DNA of 64,000 nucleotides from Perna viridis (Eukaryota), in contig CM074522.1 in NCBI GenBank assembly GCA_037379345.1, positions 37,515,288 to 37,579,287 on the forward strand, read 5' to 3'. The notes beneath the pieces were generated by a model. The model ran no database searches. It was not told where the DNA came from and saw nothing but the letters and a program-made list of their open reading frames with translations. Both the position numbers and the translations under genes were made by a program. Below are positions 25,239 through 38,206 of the stretch, piece by piece (within the stretch, counting starts at the first letter, position 1; the number at the start of each line of letters is the position of its first letter).

Positions 25239-25610
25239 ACAAGTATGGCAGTCATAAACTCTACTACACCAGTGGGAAGACTCACACAAATTCAAAGAAA
25301 TTTTATGGACAAGTATGGCAGTCATACCTATAAACTCAACTACACCAGTGGGGGAGACTCACAAAATCAAAGAAATTTTACTGACAAGTATGGCAGTCAT
25401 ACCTATAAACTCAACTACACCAGTGGGGAAGACTCCCACAAAATCAAAGAAATTTTACTGACAAGTATGGCAGTCATACCTATAAACTCTACCACACCAG
25501 TGGGGGAGACTCACACAAAATCCAAGAAATTTTACTGACAAGTATAGCAGTCATATCTATAAACTCTACTACACCAGTGGGGGAGACTTGCACAAAATCA
25601 AAGAAATTTT
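25239..25610. repeat. Minisatellite, ~76-bp unit x5
   Basis: ACAAGTATGGCAGTCAT...ACACCAGTGGGG...AAAGAAATTTT repeated. Confidence 0.92.
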
Positions 25611-26974
25611 AGAATCTTCCACATAAAAATATAAGACTTGTGGGAAGTTTTTACATGTACTGTATTTTCATGAAAAATACTAAGAAGTTGAATATTTATA
25701 TCCAACAAAAAATAATAGATGTGGTATAATTGCCAATGAAACGATCATCCATCAAAAGCCAAGTAATAAACAATTAAACTTCTACAGGTCACCAAACGGT
25801 CTTCAATGATGGGCAAAACCCACATCATAAAACTTCTACAGGTCACCACACAGTCCTCAATGATGGGCAAAACCCTTAAACATGTTTGAACTTAAAAATC
25901 TCCCATATAATCTGTTTTAAAGGTTAACATGTAGGATATCCTAGTTTAAGCATGTAACATTTATAAATCAGGTCTGCACTAGGTATAACATAAAAAATTA
26001 ATCATATATACATGTGTCCATTTACGGCATGCCAGTGACATCAAACTGACCCAAAGACATTAATATTTTTTTATTTGAAACCCTCCATTCATCACAAAAC
26101 CTACAACCTTACTGGAGACAAATTGAACATGACAGATTTTTGCACATTCCATGGCAATTAAATTAATCAAAATGAACAAATTTATTCCAACCTGGCACTA
26201 ACTCATATTTTTATTTATTAATTCAGCTCTAGTGAAACATAAAACTGACAAAAGTGGACAAATTATAGCACAAGGCACATTTAGGTTAATAATTAATTAA
26301 AAATCACAGAAAATAAATGCCCTTAGTCATCAAGAAAAATGAGATTTTGAGAACATTAAATAATTCAGTAGAAGATTGTGATGAGGATAAGGGCCAGTTA
26401 GGTTTAATATTGGCCATAATTAAAGTAAAATGGGGATAAGGGGCAACAAGGTTCATTTCAGACCTTCATTACTGTATTATCTGACATTGTCATGAAATAT
26501 GGACATTGTGATAATCTTGTGTTCTATATATGCATGGTCAGAAAATCAATGTTGAATCTAGGATACCAATAAATCTCTAGAACTTTTTAGATTTAAATTG
26601 CAATTTTTAAAATAAACTTAAAGTTGATTGGTGGCACTGTTGTGATAGGTATACTCCCACTCATATGAGTAAGTCCCTTGAAAAGGGAATTTATATCAGC
26701 TAGCAACCAAAATTACTTACAGTGTATGCCCTATCAATATAAAGCCACACATCAAACTTACAATAATTACTGTTCTAAGATTTTTCAAACATTTTCAAAA
26801 ACTTTCCCATACTTGAAGTTTGCTTTCCTGACTTAACAAATCCTTAAAAAAAATCAAGTTTTTTACTTGCCAAAGGGAGAGTGAAGTATAATCCACTTTC
26901 CCACACCAAAATTGCACAGGCCCCTGATTATGGGAAAGTGTAATCGATCATCTGGCTGTCAATATAATTGTCAC

Positions 26975-27360
26975 AGACAGAGGGAATGACAGACAGACAT
27001 ACAAGGTGACTCCATCAACTCAACAATAGAGGGTGTCAGAAAATACTGACATCCAAGAGGGAATGACAGACAGACATACAAGGTGACTCCATCAACTCAA
27101 CAATAGAGGGTATCAGAAAATACTGACATCCCAGAGGGACAGACAGACAGACATACAAAGGTAACTTCATCAACTCAACAATAGGGGGTATCAGAAAATA
27201 GACATCACAGTGAGACAGACAGACAGACATGCAAGGTGACTTCATCAACCCAACAATAGGGGGTATCAGAAAATACTGACATCCCAGAGGGACAGACAGA
27301 CAGACATACAAGGTAACTTCATCGACTCAACAATAGAGGTAGCAGAAAATACAGACATCC
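26975..27360. repeat. Minisatellite, 77-bp unit x5
   Basis: GACAGACAGACATACAAGGT...CAACAATAG...CAGAAAATACTGACATC repeated. Confidence 0.92.
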
Positions 27361-28014
27361 ATTTAAAAAATATAGGTAGTATTACATAGAACAAATATTG
27401 TTCCTTTCAACTTGTTAAACTTTGTATTCTGTAGTTTACAAAAGAGGGGGAGATGGAATAAAAAATTGACAATTTAATTCATACATGTGGAATTTCCAGC
27501 TCAAGTAAACATTGACTCAAACAACAAAGTGGTTTTCCTTATTTTCCTAATTCTTTTAACACTAGAACTCTTAAAATGTATTAACACTTGTAAAGCAAAT
27601 GTCTGAAGCCACCAAACAACATATAATTGTTACATTATGGAAAAACAATGAGTTCCTTAATGGACAACATGCAGCAAGCTTAAAAGGTGGGAAATTCCAA
27701 TGAGTAGTCACTTGTAACATAAGCCTCATTTCTTTGGTGCTTGATTATGCTTAATTCTTAAAAATAAAGTCCATGAAACATATGGCCAGAAATGATGAAA
27801 TCATGTTTGTACATCCATTTCTAAATAAAGTGAAGCATTTTTTATTCTTCGCATTCAAGTGTTCAGGATGTTTCTTTTAATTTATTGTTTCTTTCTGATG
27901 TCCCTATTACATCTCTGATATACTGTCTACCTAGATATCACAATATCATAAAACCAGAAAGAACTGTCACCAACAGGAAATTCCACCATTATAAAGCATC
28001 AACTCATTACTTAC

Positions 28015-28076
28015 CCTTAGGAATGTATCTAGGGATCCATTAGACATGTACTCTGTAACAATCATGATAGGGTGAT
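28015..28076 (-). CDS. Eph: Eph kinase exon (hinge)
   Basis: CAG|(N)HPIMIVTEYMSNGSLDTFLR|GTAAG; 62 nt. Confidence 0.96.
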
Positions 28077-28544
28077 CTGAAAGAATCAATGGGTAACAAT
28101 ACAGAATTGGATAGGACACAATATCTGAAGTGATGCCTCCAGAGAAGTAGAATATGCCTATACAAAATAATAAACGGAGTGGAAACAAAGAAGCATTAAA
28201 TAAAGGTTCTTAAATACCTTGAATCATTCAAGTGATCATTCATGAACAATTATACCATGGTTCAATGACTTTTCAGTTAAATCATATATCGAGGAAGCAC
28301 TCAAACTGCATTGTTCACCACAGGTATGATTGGACATGTAACATGTTGGCACATGATTCAGTTTTATTGGCCATTTCTAATTTTGACAAAGACTTGACAC
28401 ATCACCCCCTCTCCTGCATTTCTGTATAGTTTTAACAAAATAGTTATACAAGGGAAGTAAAGATTTATGACCTTTGTATTGCAAATACTTGCTATGGGTA
28501 AAGGTTTACACATCAATCTTGAGTAGTGTGTCAATTCTACCTAC

Positions 28545-28730
28545 TTTTAGTGACAACACCTTCAAGGTAAATAACATTCGGATCATCAAACTGTCCCATA
28601 ATACTGGCTTCTGTAAGAAATTCCAGTCTATTCTTATCAGTAGCTCCTTGTTTCAGGGTTTTGATAGCTACATTCATTTCCATTCTCCTCGGAACTCGTA
28701 ACTTGCCTTTACACACATCACCAAATTCCC
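28545..28730 (-). CDS. Eph: Eph kinase N-lobe exon
   Basis: CAG|(G)[10 protein letters not shown]...VAIKTLK...[25 protein letters not shown]|GTAGG; 186 nt. Confidence 0.97.
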
Positions 28731-28895
28731 CTGAAAAATGTAGAAACATAAATTTCAACCAACTAATTTGCATGAGTCTTATACATATAAATCATTAAAA
28801 TTCTACAATACTTCTCACTCTTTGTTTCCCACAAAAGGTTTAGGTCCAACAGCCAAGTAGTTATTGTTTTAATTCTTCACAGGTATTATGAGCTA

Positions 28896-29103
28896 CTGTA
28901 AACGTATTATTTTTGCAGCGTACTAATTCTCGCTATTTTTCATTGTGAACTGAAAAATGTGAAAAATGGTACCCGTCAAATTGATTTTTAAAACTGTGAA
29001 ACACTTAACATTTTTTTTAAACCGTGAAAATCTATACATGCGAATATGGTCAAATGACCGAATCCGCAAAAATTAGCAACCACAAAAATTGAAATGTTTA
29101 CAG
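28896..29103. mobile_element. MITE with CTGTAAAC termini and TA flanks
   Basis: TA-CTGTAAAC...GTTTACAG-TA; a related left end begins at 10911. Confidence 0.7.
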
Positions 29104-29154
29104 TACTTGAAAAAAAAAAAAATATAGGAAAACAATAATTTTGTAAATTGTGAA

Positions 29155-29650
29155 CTGAACATGAACAAAGTCTGAAGTAAACTGTGGCAAAACCAGGACG
29201 TACCCCGAATGTTTATCTGAACATGTACGAAGTCTGAAGTAAGCTGTGGCAAAACCAGAACATACCCCGAATGTTTATCTGAACATGTACAAAGTCTGAA
29301 GTAAACTGTGGATAAAAATAGGACATACCCCGAATGTTCATCTGAACATGTACAAAGTTTGAAGTAAACTGTGGCAAAACCAGGATATACCCCGAATGTT
29401 TATCTGGACATGAACAAAGTCTGAAGTAAACTGTGGATAAAACCAGGAAATACCCCGAATGTTTATCTGAACATGTACAAAGTCTGAAGTAAACTGTGCA
29501 AAAAACCAGGACATACCCCGAGTGTTTATCTGAACATGTACAAAGTCTGAAGTAAACTGTGGAAAAACCAGGACATACCCCGAATGTTTATCTGAATTTG
29601 AACAAAGTCTGAAGTAAACTGTAGCAAAACCAGGAAATACCCTGAATGTT
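29155..29650. repeat. Minisatellite, ~62-bp unit x8
   Basis: CTGAACATGTACAAAGTCTGAAGTAAACTGTGG...ACCCCGAATGTTTAT repeated. Confidence 0.95.
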
Positions 29651-29832
29651 ATACAACATTATAAGAGTTCTAATTAGTGGAGATCCAAGGTCCATGACCC
29701 TCATTTTCTGACCTAGGACCTCAAGTGGACAATAGATTTAAAATTAAAAATAGTCCAAGACCTTCCTCTCTTGAAAGCATATTTGGACCCCTGGCTATAT
29801 AGATCATATGACTGGCTTCCTCTATGACTTAC

Positions 29833-29976
29833 CTCCCCCTATCACTGACTCGATAACAATATGTTGACTGTCAATCTCTTTGGTAAATTCTCTGACAGCT
29901 TGGTTTGGATCTTCATAAGTGTGTGGGTCAACATAAGTCTTAACTGAACCAGGAGGAGTAAATAGTGGCATGGTTA
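29833..29976 (-). CDS. Eph: Eph juxtamembrane / kinase-start exon
   Basis: CAG|[35 protein letters not shown]...IESVIGG|GTAAG; carries both conserved juxtamembrane tyrosines; 144 nt. Confidence 0.97.
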
Positions 29977-31659
29977 CTGCAATAGACAGAGTACCAGTTA
30001 GTATATCAAAACAGTAGATACAATCCAAGGTCTACAAAGAGGAAACATAATTTTAAAGGAAATTTGAGTTCTTCTTCTGTTGCACTATAGCAAGTTGATG
30101 AAACTTTTAGCAAAAAGATCTTATAGTAAAATTCAATGCTTTCCTTTTCCAGAATCCTGAATGAACAAAAAATTCTTCTTCATCAATTAAATCTAATGCT
30201 TTGAAAAGTATGACTTCAAAATACTGCATGTCAACCAATTAAAAAAGGTGTTAAATAAAATTAACAGATAAATATGGGAAAAGTAACAGAAATATCAACC
30301 CAGATATGATGAAAAAAAAGGGTAGGAAAAAATAAGTCTTAAAGAAATGGTTACTGACAGAAAAATTAATTCTAAGTAGATGATGCATTTCCTTTAATGA
30401 CAAATTTTACTTTCATCTAAAATACACATTAAACAGCTACTACAAAGCAAAGCAGAGCATACTACTGAATCATATTACAATATAACCATGAATGTATAAG
30501 CTTCTATCAAAATACATCAAAAGGTGAAGTTATGATATTTGATTAATGAGATTTTCATGGTTTTGGTTATAAAATCATTCTACTCATTTCCATTTCCATA
30601 AAACTGTTTTTTTTTATGGCATTGAGCATCCATATTTGGCTTCAGTGTGAAATCCTGCTGTTGATTTTCCACATTCTCTCCTCTAATCAATACACTAAAA
30701 GTGCCATCTTTTGTTTTCCAATCTTTTGATTAAAGCAACTTCAAAGGTTACAGCAAAATGTAAACATCTCACCAGTAAAAAAATAGTTTACATGAGAAAT
30801 AAATCGGGTAATGAGACGTGATGGAATTAATGTCCCGAATATTAAAACTTTCTACTATGGAAAAATGAGCTTTAACTAGATTTAGATGTGATTCCAACTC
30901 GTATATAACAATTTTCGTGTCATTAAATTTAGATTCTAGCTGCCCTGCTCTGAATTCTCAATAGAGAATTACAATATTTAAAAGATGACTAGCCATCAGA
31001 TCTGTAATAGGTCTTCCTATAAAACAGAGGGTGACCTACCTTATTTTGATTTAATAAGACTAGAATTAAAACAAAGTCAGCAGGGAGATTTTTTCTACCT
31101 TCCTTATATCATGAAACAAGATTGTACAAAAGGTCAATTGGGTCAATAGGATTTTCATTAATTAGTTTAAAAGGTACATCTTGGCAGATTTTTCTGACAT
31201 ACATTATGTACATTCATATAAAATGAATTTTGAATTGCTATAAAAACAAGCTTTCAAAAATAAAATATGAAATTTGCTTGTAAGTAGAGAGGATATTAGT
31301 AGAATTCTAAGTTTAAGCACACTATATCAGAATAAAGCACCATTTAAGATAAGCAGAATATAAATCTTGGCAGAGTAAAGCATGTCTATAGGCAAAGCAT
31401 GAACCATGATTCTAATGAACCTATGAAATGTGTGAATACTATTTAATAAAGGCATATTTCACCCCCCAAAAAAACTTCAGTGTACCCCAAGGCCCAAAAG
31501 TACCAGTACCTTGCATGGACAGGTTAGAAGGTCAATTTTGTTTTTCTAAGGACTTACCAAACATTTCTAAACATTTCTACATACAATTACAAAAGTTAGA
31601 AGACAACAGAGAAATGCTCTCATCATACTAATTAGACAAACTTGGATTATCTCCCCATA

Positions 31660-32020
31660 CAGATTCAGTCACACAGATGTTGATATCTCCATGGTAACAC
31701 TTTTTCAGTCACCACAAATGATGATATGCCCATGGTATCACTGATCTGTCACAACATAGTTGACATCTCTATTGTAACTGATTCAGCCACCACAGATGTT
31801 GAAATCTCCAAGGTAACTGATTCAGTCACTACATATGTTGAAATCTCCATGGTTACTGATTAAGTCACCATAGATGTTGAAATTTCCATGGAAACTGATT
31901 CAGTCACAACATATGTTGATAGTTCCATGGTAACTGATTCAGTCACCACAATTGTTGACATTGATCCAGTCACTTCTGTTGTTAGTATCTCCATGGTAAC
32001 ACTAATGAAGTCACCACAGA
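31660..32020. repeat. Minisatellite, 39-bp unit x~9
   Basis: GATTCAGTCACCACAGATGTTGAAATCTCCATGGTAACT repeated. Confidence 0.9.
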
Positions 32021-32182
32021 TTGTTACCCATTACACTGTCTAATAAGATGGCAGTATAATCCATGTTTTACTAATTGGTATTTCAGGAAGCAGGTGGAAG
32101 CATTGTTAGTATACCATGTGATCAGTTATAATCATGTGATATTAGTATTAGCCAATCAACTACCATACAGAAAATTACTTAC

Positions 32183-32221
32183 AACCACCATTCAAATGGG
32201 GATCCATAGGGGGACAGTGAA
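32183..32221 (-). CDS. Eph: Eph juxtamembrane microexon (39 nt, probably a cassette exon)
   Basis: TTTTGTAG|TTCACTGT...GGTGGTT|GTAAGT; symmetric phase 1, stop-free: (V)HCPPMDPHLNGG. Confidence 0.65.
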
Positions 32222-33864
32222 CTACAAAACAGAAACCGACAAATGTGTTAACTCTTTGTTATGGTGATCAGCAAGCATATGAAATTAGCCCCATCCTAAG
32301 TTCTATTTTTAATCATTTATTTTGCATAGTATAATAAGTATGCAATCTCTATTAGTCCTGCTGTGAAGGCTCCATCATTTATAATGCTGATTAGCTCTAT
32401 TTGTTTGGTATTGATATATTAATTGTTAAAGAAAAAAATTATCACAAAGGGAGATAACCACGCATCCCCATTCCTGAATCCTGATCCATGCACTATATAG
32501 TGTTTATTATGAAGTCAGTATCATATTTTGTTGTTTTGTTGAACATGAGGGCTGACAATGGTTACATGCATGTTTACATATTTTGACAACAATGAATTAG
32601 GTCAAAAAATATGTTCTTCAATAAAAAAAAACTCTTCCTATCTATTCAAATATTTGAATTCAAATAACTGTTTAAGTGGTTAAAATGAGGGAAATTCATG
32701 CATACGTTGGTATTTCCAAAATAGTCAAAAATATGTTACAACTAAAACATTCTATTTTTTAATAATTCTTTTGCCAATTAATTTTTCCTTTGCCCATTTA
32801 CAATAAAATAACATTAATAAGGTTTTTATAGTCAGGGATAAACACATGTAACATGTAATAAAAGTTCCATGTGTTTTTTCCCTCATATAACCATTCAACA
32901 TTTGGTATTATACACTATATAGGTTATGACTCCATCTATCTACAATGGTGACAAAGTCATTTGTGTAACAAAAGTATAAAGCCAAATATAGAAAAAATTT
33001 TAAACCATTCAAACAGGATACACTATAGTAGGTGGATTTTCAATGTGAGCTAACACTATGTAAGTCCTACATGATTCACGAATTAAGTTAAAGATTCATG
33101 AATGTATGATTAAGTTTTAAACTTAAATTCTTGCCCTTGAACAAAAAAAAAACTTTTTTTTAACCAGTTATAATTTAAAAATATCAAGTTTGGAAAACCT
33201 GAATTACTTTTCAGATATATCAAGGGAAATTAGTTGTTATAGCAGGCAAAACAATGAACTCTCGCTATCGAACTAAAAAAATTTTAAATTTTGTCTATTC
33301 AAATTGGAAAAAAAGGAGCTCTTTATTGCGAACAAACAACTACATACTACATATAACAACATGATGATGTATGGTAGAATGAAGCAAAGGACTCAAGCAA
33401 GCCAAAAGCAACAGGCTAAAGCCAAAACAAAAGCCAAAAATATCAAAGCTTTAATATGTAAACTTAAAAGACGCCATATTTAGAAAAATATTAAAAGAAA
33501 AGGCTTTAATATGTTAACCTAGATGACATCAAGTCAGCTAATATCAAAAGAAGTTATGAATTACGTTTTTCAACTTTACAAATTTATTGAAATTATTGCA
33601 ATTGAAAAAATAATGTTATTCCAAAAAAAAGTAAACTTTCAGCTTTAAAAAAATCTTTGGAGAAGTTTCACTAAAAACACTTAAGATTGCAGCACCGAAA
33701 AAAAAAAAAGACTAAACAACAAAATAACTTAAAATAAAATTGCCATAGAAAATGCATCATTCAAAGGTAATAGTAACCAAATCATGCTGGGATTTACTCA
33801 TCATTAAATTTTTGTCACAAGGATTCATATTATTAAATGTTGGCCATGGTGTATAAGTGCCTAC

Positions 33865-33929
33865 CCTCACCGTGTCCGTAATGTAGTGTGTCACAGTCTC
33901 CTTTCGTATCACTGCACTGTGGACGATTC
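33865..33929 (-). CDS. Eph: Eph juxtamembrane exon
   Basis: TAG|(R)NRPQCSDTKGDCDTLHYGHGE|GTAGG; phase 2 to 1 fits both neighbours. Confidence 0.85.
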
Positions 33930-35201
33930 CTAAAAATAAAATATAACATGCAATACAGAAATTTATGAAGTATTCAGGGCAGTATTTCAAGAATCAATCT
34001 ATAGTTCCTTCCATTCTAAGTGGAGAATCAAGATTCTTGAAAAGAAAATGACTGATGTTTGATTTGATTTTAGGTGTGATGACTAGACAGAAAACAACTA
34101 CTTCATTGTCTTCTAGATCAGTATCCTCAAAAATAATGATTCATTAGAAACAATAGGGTATATAAGTCTTGTCATGTGACCCTGTGATTTCACAAGATTG
34201 GGTCCTAGTCTACCATTCAAAAACATGGAGACTTGTCATTTAGAGAAAGTTGAGTTCAGTGTTCATCTTTTTGTGTTAAAAAGTACCGATAAAAAAATAA
34301 CGAGTTTCTATTTCTACATGATAAAGGTATTAAGAAAAAACATAAAATAGAAGATTGTGCATTGTTATATAGCGTTTCGAGTACCCAGAAGTAAACAATA
34401 AAATGCAGATCGGTCTTCAGTTTTCATTACGTTCTATGTTGTAAATTCCGGTAAAGAAATTGAAAATAGAACGAGACTTACATACCCTATTGTTTGTCAT
34501 GTCTGAATGTGTTGTTTACTTTCAAAGGTGAACAACATAAATTTCCTTCTGGAGTTGTCTTTCTTTGCTCAATAAACAATTATTTAATAGTCAGGATATT
34601 AAATTTCTTCCTAAGAATGCCAATAATTTATTTCAGTGATGGATAAGATCTTCAGTACATACCTTGATTTAAACTTCCAAAGTTTTGAATAAATATGAGT
34701 TTGTTATTTTTCAATTAAAAGAAACCCTTTGCCCTCAACAACCAGTTGAATTTCAACACACAAAAGAAAATTGAAAATAATTATTGTATGAAGTGTTGCT
34801 TACAATAGTATATTTTTAGTTAAAGCACACAATAGTGTCAAATTAAATTTTTAACAAAAAATGCCAAAATGAAAATGCACTGAAATAATGTTAACATCAA
34901 AAATAATTTTCATATCAAATTTCAATGTAAACTTAATATTCTTACTCATTATATAATTATCAAATTAATACCATATAATATGAAATAACTGGTTTGGAAT
35001 TAATATGTGCACCTGAACTTCAATGAAGATATGAAAGGAGGTTACATGGTTTCTATATCATGCAACAGAGCCTTTCTACATCATAACTGACCAGATGAAA
35101 CAGCAGAATAATAACCATCTCTCAGCCTTTAATCATTTCAAGTTGTTCACTTCCTTTTTTTTCAAATTGATATGATAAAAATGTGTTCATACAGACAACA
35201 A

Positions 35202-35432
35202 AACAATTCAAGGTCTTATTATATTGTTCTATCCCCCTTCCCTCTCTCTCTCCTGGTGAACAATTCAAGGTCTTATTATATTGTTCCAATCCCCCTTTCC
35301 TATCTCTCTCCTAGTGAACAATTTAAGGTCTCACTATATTGTTCCAATCTCTTTCTTATCTCTCTCCTGGTGAACAATTTAAGGTCTCATTATATTGTTC
35401 CACCCCCCTCTCTTATCTCTCTCCTGGTGAAT
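35202..35432. repeat. Minisatellite, ~57-bp unit x4
   Basis: AACAATTCAAGGTCTTATTATATTGTTC...CTCTCTCCTGGTG repeated. Confidence 0.9.
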
Positions 35433-35442
35433 ACAACAAACC

Positions 35443-35732
35443 ATGTTCAGCAGTTTAATAACCATGATGGCTGCCATAGAGATAACCAGGAACCCCTTCT
35501 CCATTTATCTCTCCACCTACCTTTTTAGCAGTATTATTATCATGATGGTGGCTTTAGACATACATATGAACCCCCTCCCCTCTATTTTATCTGTCTACCT
35601 AACGTTTCAGCAGTATTATTATCATGATGGCAGATATAGACATACACATGAACCTACTCCCCCCTATTTTATCTCTCTACCTACCGTTTCAGCAGTATTA
35701 TTATCATGATGGCGGCTATAGACATACACAGG
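35443..35732. repeat. 82-bp tandem repeat x~4 made of the Eph TM-exon end plus its splice donor
   Basis: Exon-end equivalents at 35685, 35603, 35521 and a decayed copy at ~35443. Confidence 0.9.
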
Positions 35733-35799
35733 AAGACAGCTATGATAGATCCTACAATAATTCCTACAGATGGCACTGGTTGTTCTAATTCTACTTTTT
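35685..35799 (-). CDS. Eph: Eph transmembrane exon
   Basis: CAG|(E)KVELEQPVPSVGIIVGSIIAVFLCMSIAAIMIIILLK(R)|GTAGG; 115 nt, phase 1 to 2. Confidence 0.92.
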
Positions 35800-35976
35800 C
35801 TGAAACAATAACAAGAATTCTCGTGCTAAATTATTCAAAAATAGACAGCATCAAAATTATCTTATACATCATTGCAAAGCAAAAATACACAAGTAAAACA
35901 TTTTCACCTGATTTTCCCCAGAATAGAGCAAATAAATTTTGTGATGGAATACTTGATAAATTCACATGAAATCATG

Positions 35977-36190
35977 TTAGGCCACCAAAAAAAAAATATG
36001 TCTGTTTCCTGCTACCCTACCTACCCTAGTTTTTTGTGCCTATCCTAAACATTTTATGTCCATTTTGGCTCACAGTTAGTCTAATTGTCTCTCCATTAAC
36101 TAAATGTAAATTCTCTAGAAAACAATTAATTTCCCTACCTACCATGCCTATTTTTTTCTTGCTGGTAGCAGGAAACAAGACTATTTTATT
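35977..36190. mobile_element. MITE-like element with subterminal inverted repeat
   Basis: TGTTTCCTGCTACC (36003-36016) / GGTAGCAGGAAACA (36164-36177), plus direct CCCTACCTACC motifs; ends approximate. Confidence 0.55.
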
Positions 36191-37135
36191 GAATGAATTT
36201 CATGTTAAATTCAGTTGTTTTTCTTGCAAATACGTTTACATTAATTTCATGTGAACTTTTCTTGCCTGAATACAGAAGAGATATCTTTGTATACAACTTA
36301 CATTTTTTCAAATGGTATGAAGATATCTGTACAAAATATTTATTTGTTAGAGACATCAATAGTCATTCGTGTTTTTTTTTAAATACTGAAACTTAAACAT
36401 CTGTATTTTTTTTTTTTTTTGTTTTTTTTTGTTTCCTCCTTTTCTATCCAATAAAACACTCAATAAACATTCTCATAACAATGAAAGACTTAAGGAAAAT
36501 ACAGTGAAGGAAACAAGATGTTATGAAGCTACACAACTTATAATTTGAGTAAAATAATTTTTATGACTAATTAATGAAATAAAATATGTCCAAAATAACC
36601 CTTTTACCTTGCCAATTATACATATTCAGTACAAATTGGTACTTAAACACATGTAAGCAATAAAGACATAAAAGTTGTTGCTATGCCATGGCATACTCAA
36701 ACTGGATACTAATTTGACAAGCACAATATTACCCCGCTGGGTTCTGTTACTAAACACATGTACAATAATAAATCAGAAAGAACTTTAGATTAATTTGTAA
36801 CACCATATGATAGGATTATTCTATCATACTGTAACCTATAACCTTTTCATTCAATTAGAAACTGAGTGGACTATCAAAATGTCTGTTTCACTCCCCTACA
36901 CTTGAATACCAAAATACCCATTAACAGAATGGTATACTTCGAGATTGGTCACCTCTTTACTACAAGAATAACTTATGATACCCTCTGACCTAATTCATTC
37001 CCCTATCCCTTACTACCTGTGGAGAGGGATAAATTTACTTTAAATTCCTAAATCTGTAAAGGATCCTAAATTAGTCATCATTAGTCCTGTTGCAATCCCC
37101 TACCTTATAATACACACAGAGACTGATAGACTCAC

Positions 37136-37217
37136 CTAAAACTTGGTCATCTCCTTCTTTAATCTGTAAAGGATCACTAAAATCACCCCATCCTTTACTG
37201 GTGGTTCTTCCTCTAAT
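37136..37217 (-). CDS. Eph: Eph exon, end of second FN3 domain
   Basis: CAG|IRGRTTSKGWGDFSDPLQIKEGDDQVL|GTGAG; 82 nt, phase 0 to 1. Confidence 0.9.
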
Positions 37218-37495
37218 CTGGAAAAGAATGATTCAACAATAAAGCTATGACGTTTAAACAAAATTCTGTTTCTACAGCATTTGATTCTCTTATCTCATCA
37301 TTATTTAGTAACTATTACATATCTATAAATACTAAATAACATTCCTAAGACCCAATGTTATAGTTATAAAATTTAGAAAAATTCTAATAGTGTTCAGACG
37401 AGCTACTGCATGGAGCTGAAACTGCAAAGATCACAAACCTTAAACAAACATGTCATACATGGAATCACAAGTATTAACTAAAATACTTCTAAACA

Positions 37496-38206
37496 CAGTG
37501 TTAGAAACTAATTTTTTTTCATGGTTGTCATTTGGACCATCTGGGCAAAATTTCAGCTGGTCCAAACTTAAGTTCACTGGTCCAAAAAAAAAATGGTGTA
37601 CCTTTTTTAAATGATAGCAGTTCAGATAACATACACATGTTAAAATATTTTATTGTAATAATATATTAATCTGCTAATAGACACTAAAATTCATATTCCA
37701 TCTCAAGTTCAATTTCTCTCTCAACTTCATTTTGACACACATCACAGAACATTGCCTCGCTTTCCTGGCAAAAACGTAGCCAAGGGCGGTTTTCTAGCCA
37801 TTCATTTCTGAAAGTCCTTTGTTTTCTATTAAGTTCATAGTTTTTCTCCTTTTTGGGGGCTGGTGCTTTTGCACCGGTCACAAATTTCCACATTTTAGAA
37901 AAACAATCAAGGTCAAAAATAAAACCAGAAATAGGAAATCCTAATGTAAAGTCGGAACCGATGACGGAGAAACCAGATTTTTACTTTGTTTACAATACGA
38001 TCGATAGACAAAAATAGATCGGAATAAAACTTAAGGAATATTGTTTTAAATAATGTGAAAGGTGAAAGTAAAAGAAGTAAGTGTCCTGTAATACATTTAA
38101 AATTGGCAGTCGTCCATCGGACGGACGAGTAGAATACAAACTGAGGTCGTCCGAGGTCAACACAGGTCGCCGGTGACGATCGGACGACCGGGAATTTCGA
38201 ACACTG
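37496..38206 (-). mobile_element. Internally deleted hAT-like DNA transposon
   Basis: TIRs CAGTGTTAGAAA / TTTCGAACACTG (11/12); TAAACA duplicated on both sides; ORF 37684-37893 has RTF..EW...RPWL......MFC..C, typical of the TTF-type zinc finger of hAT/ZNF862-like proteins. Confidence 0.78.
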
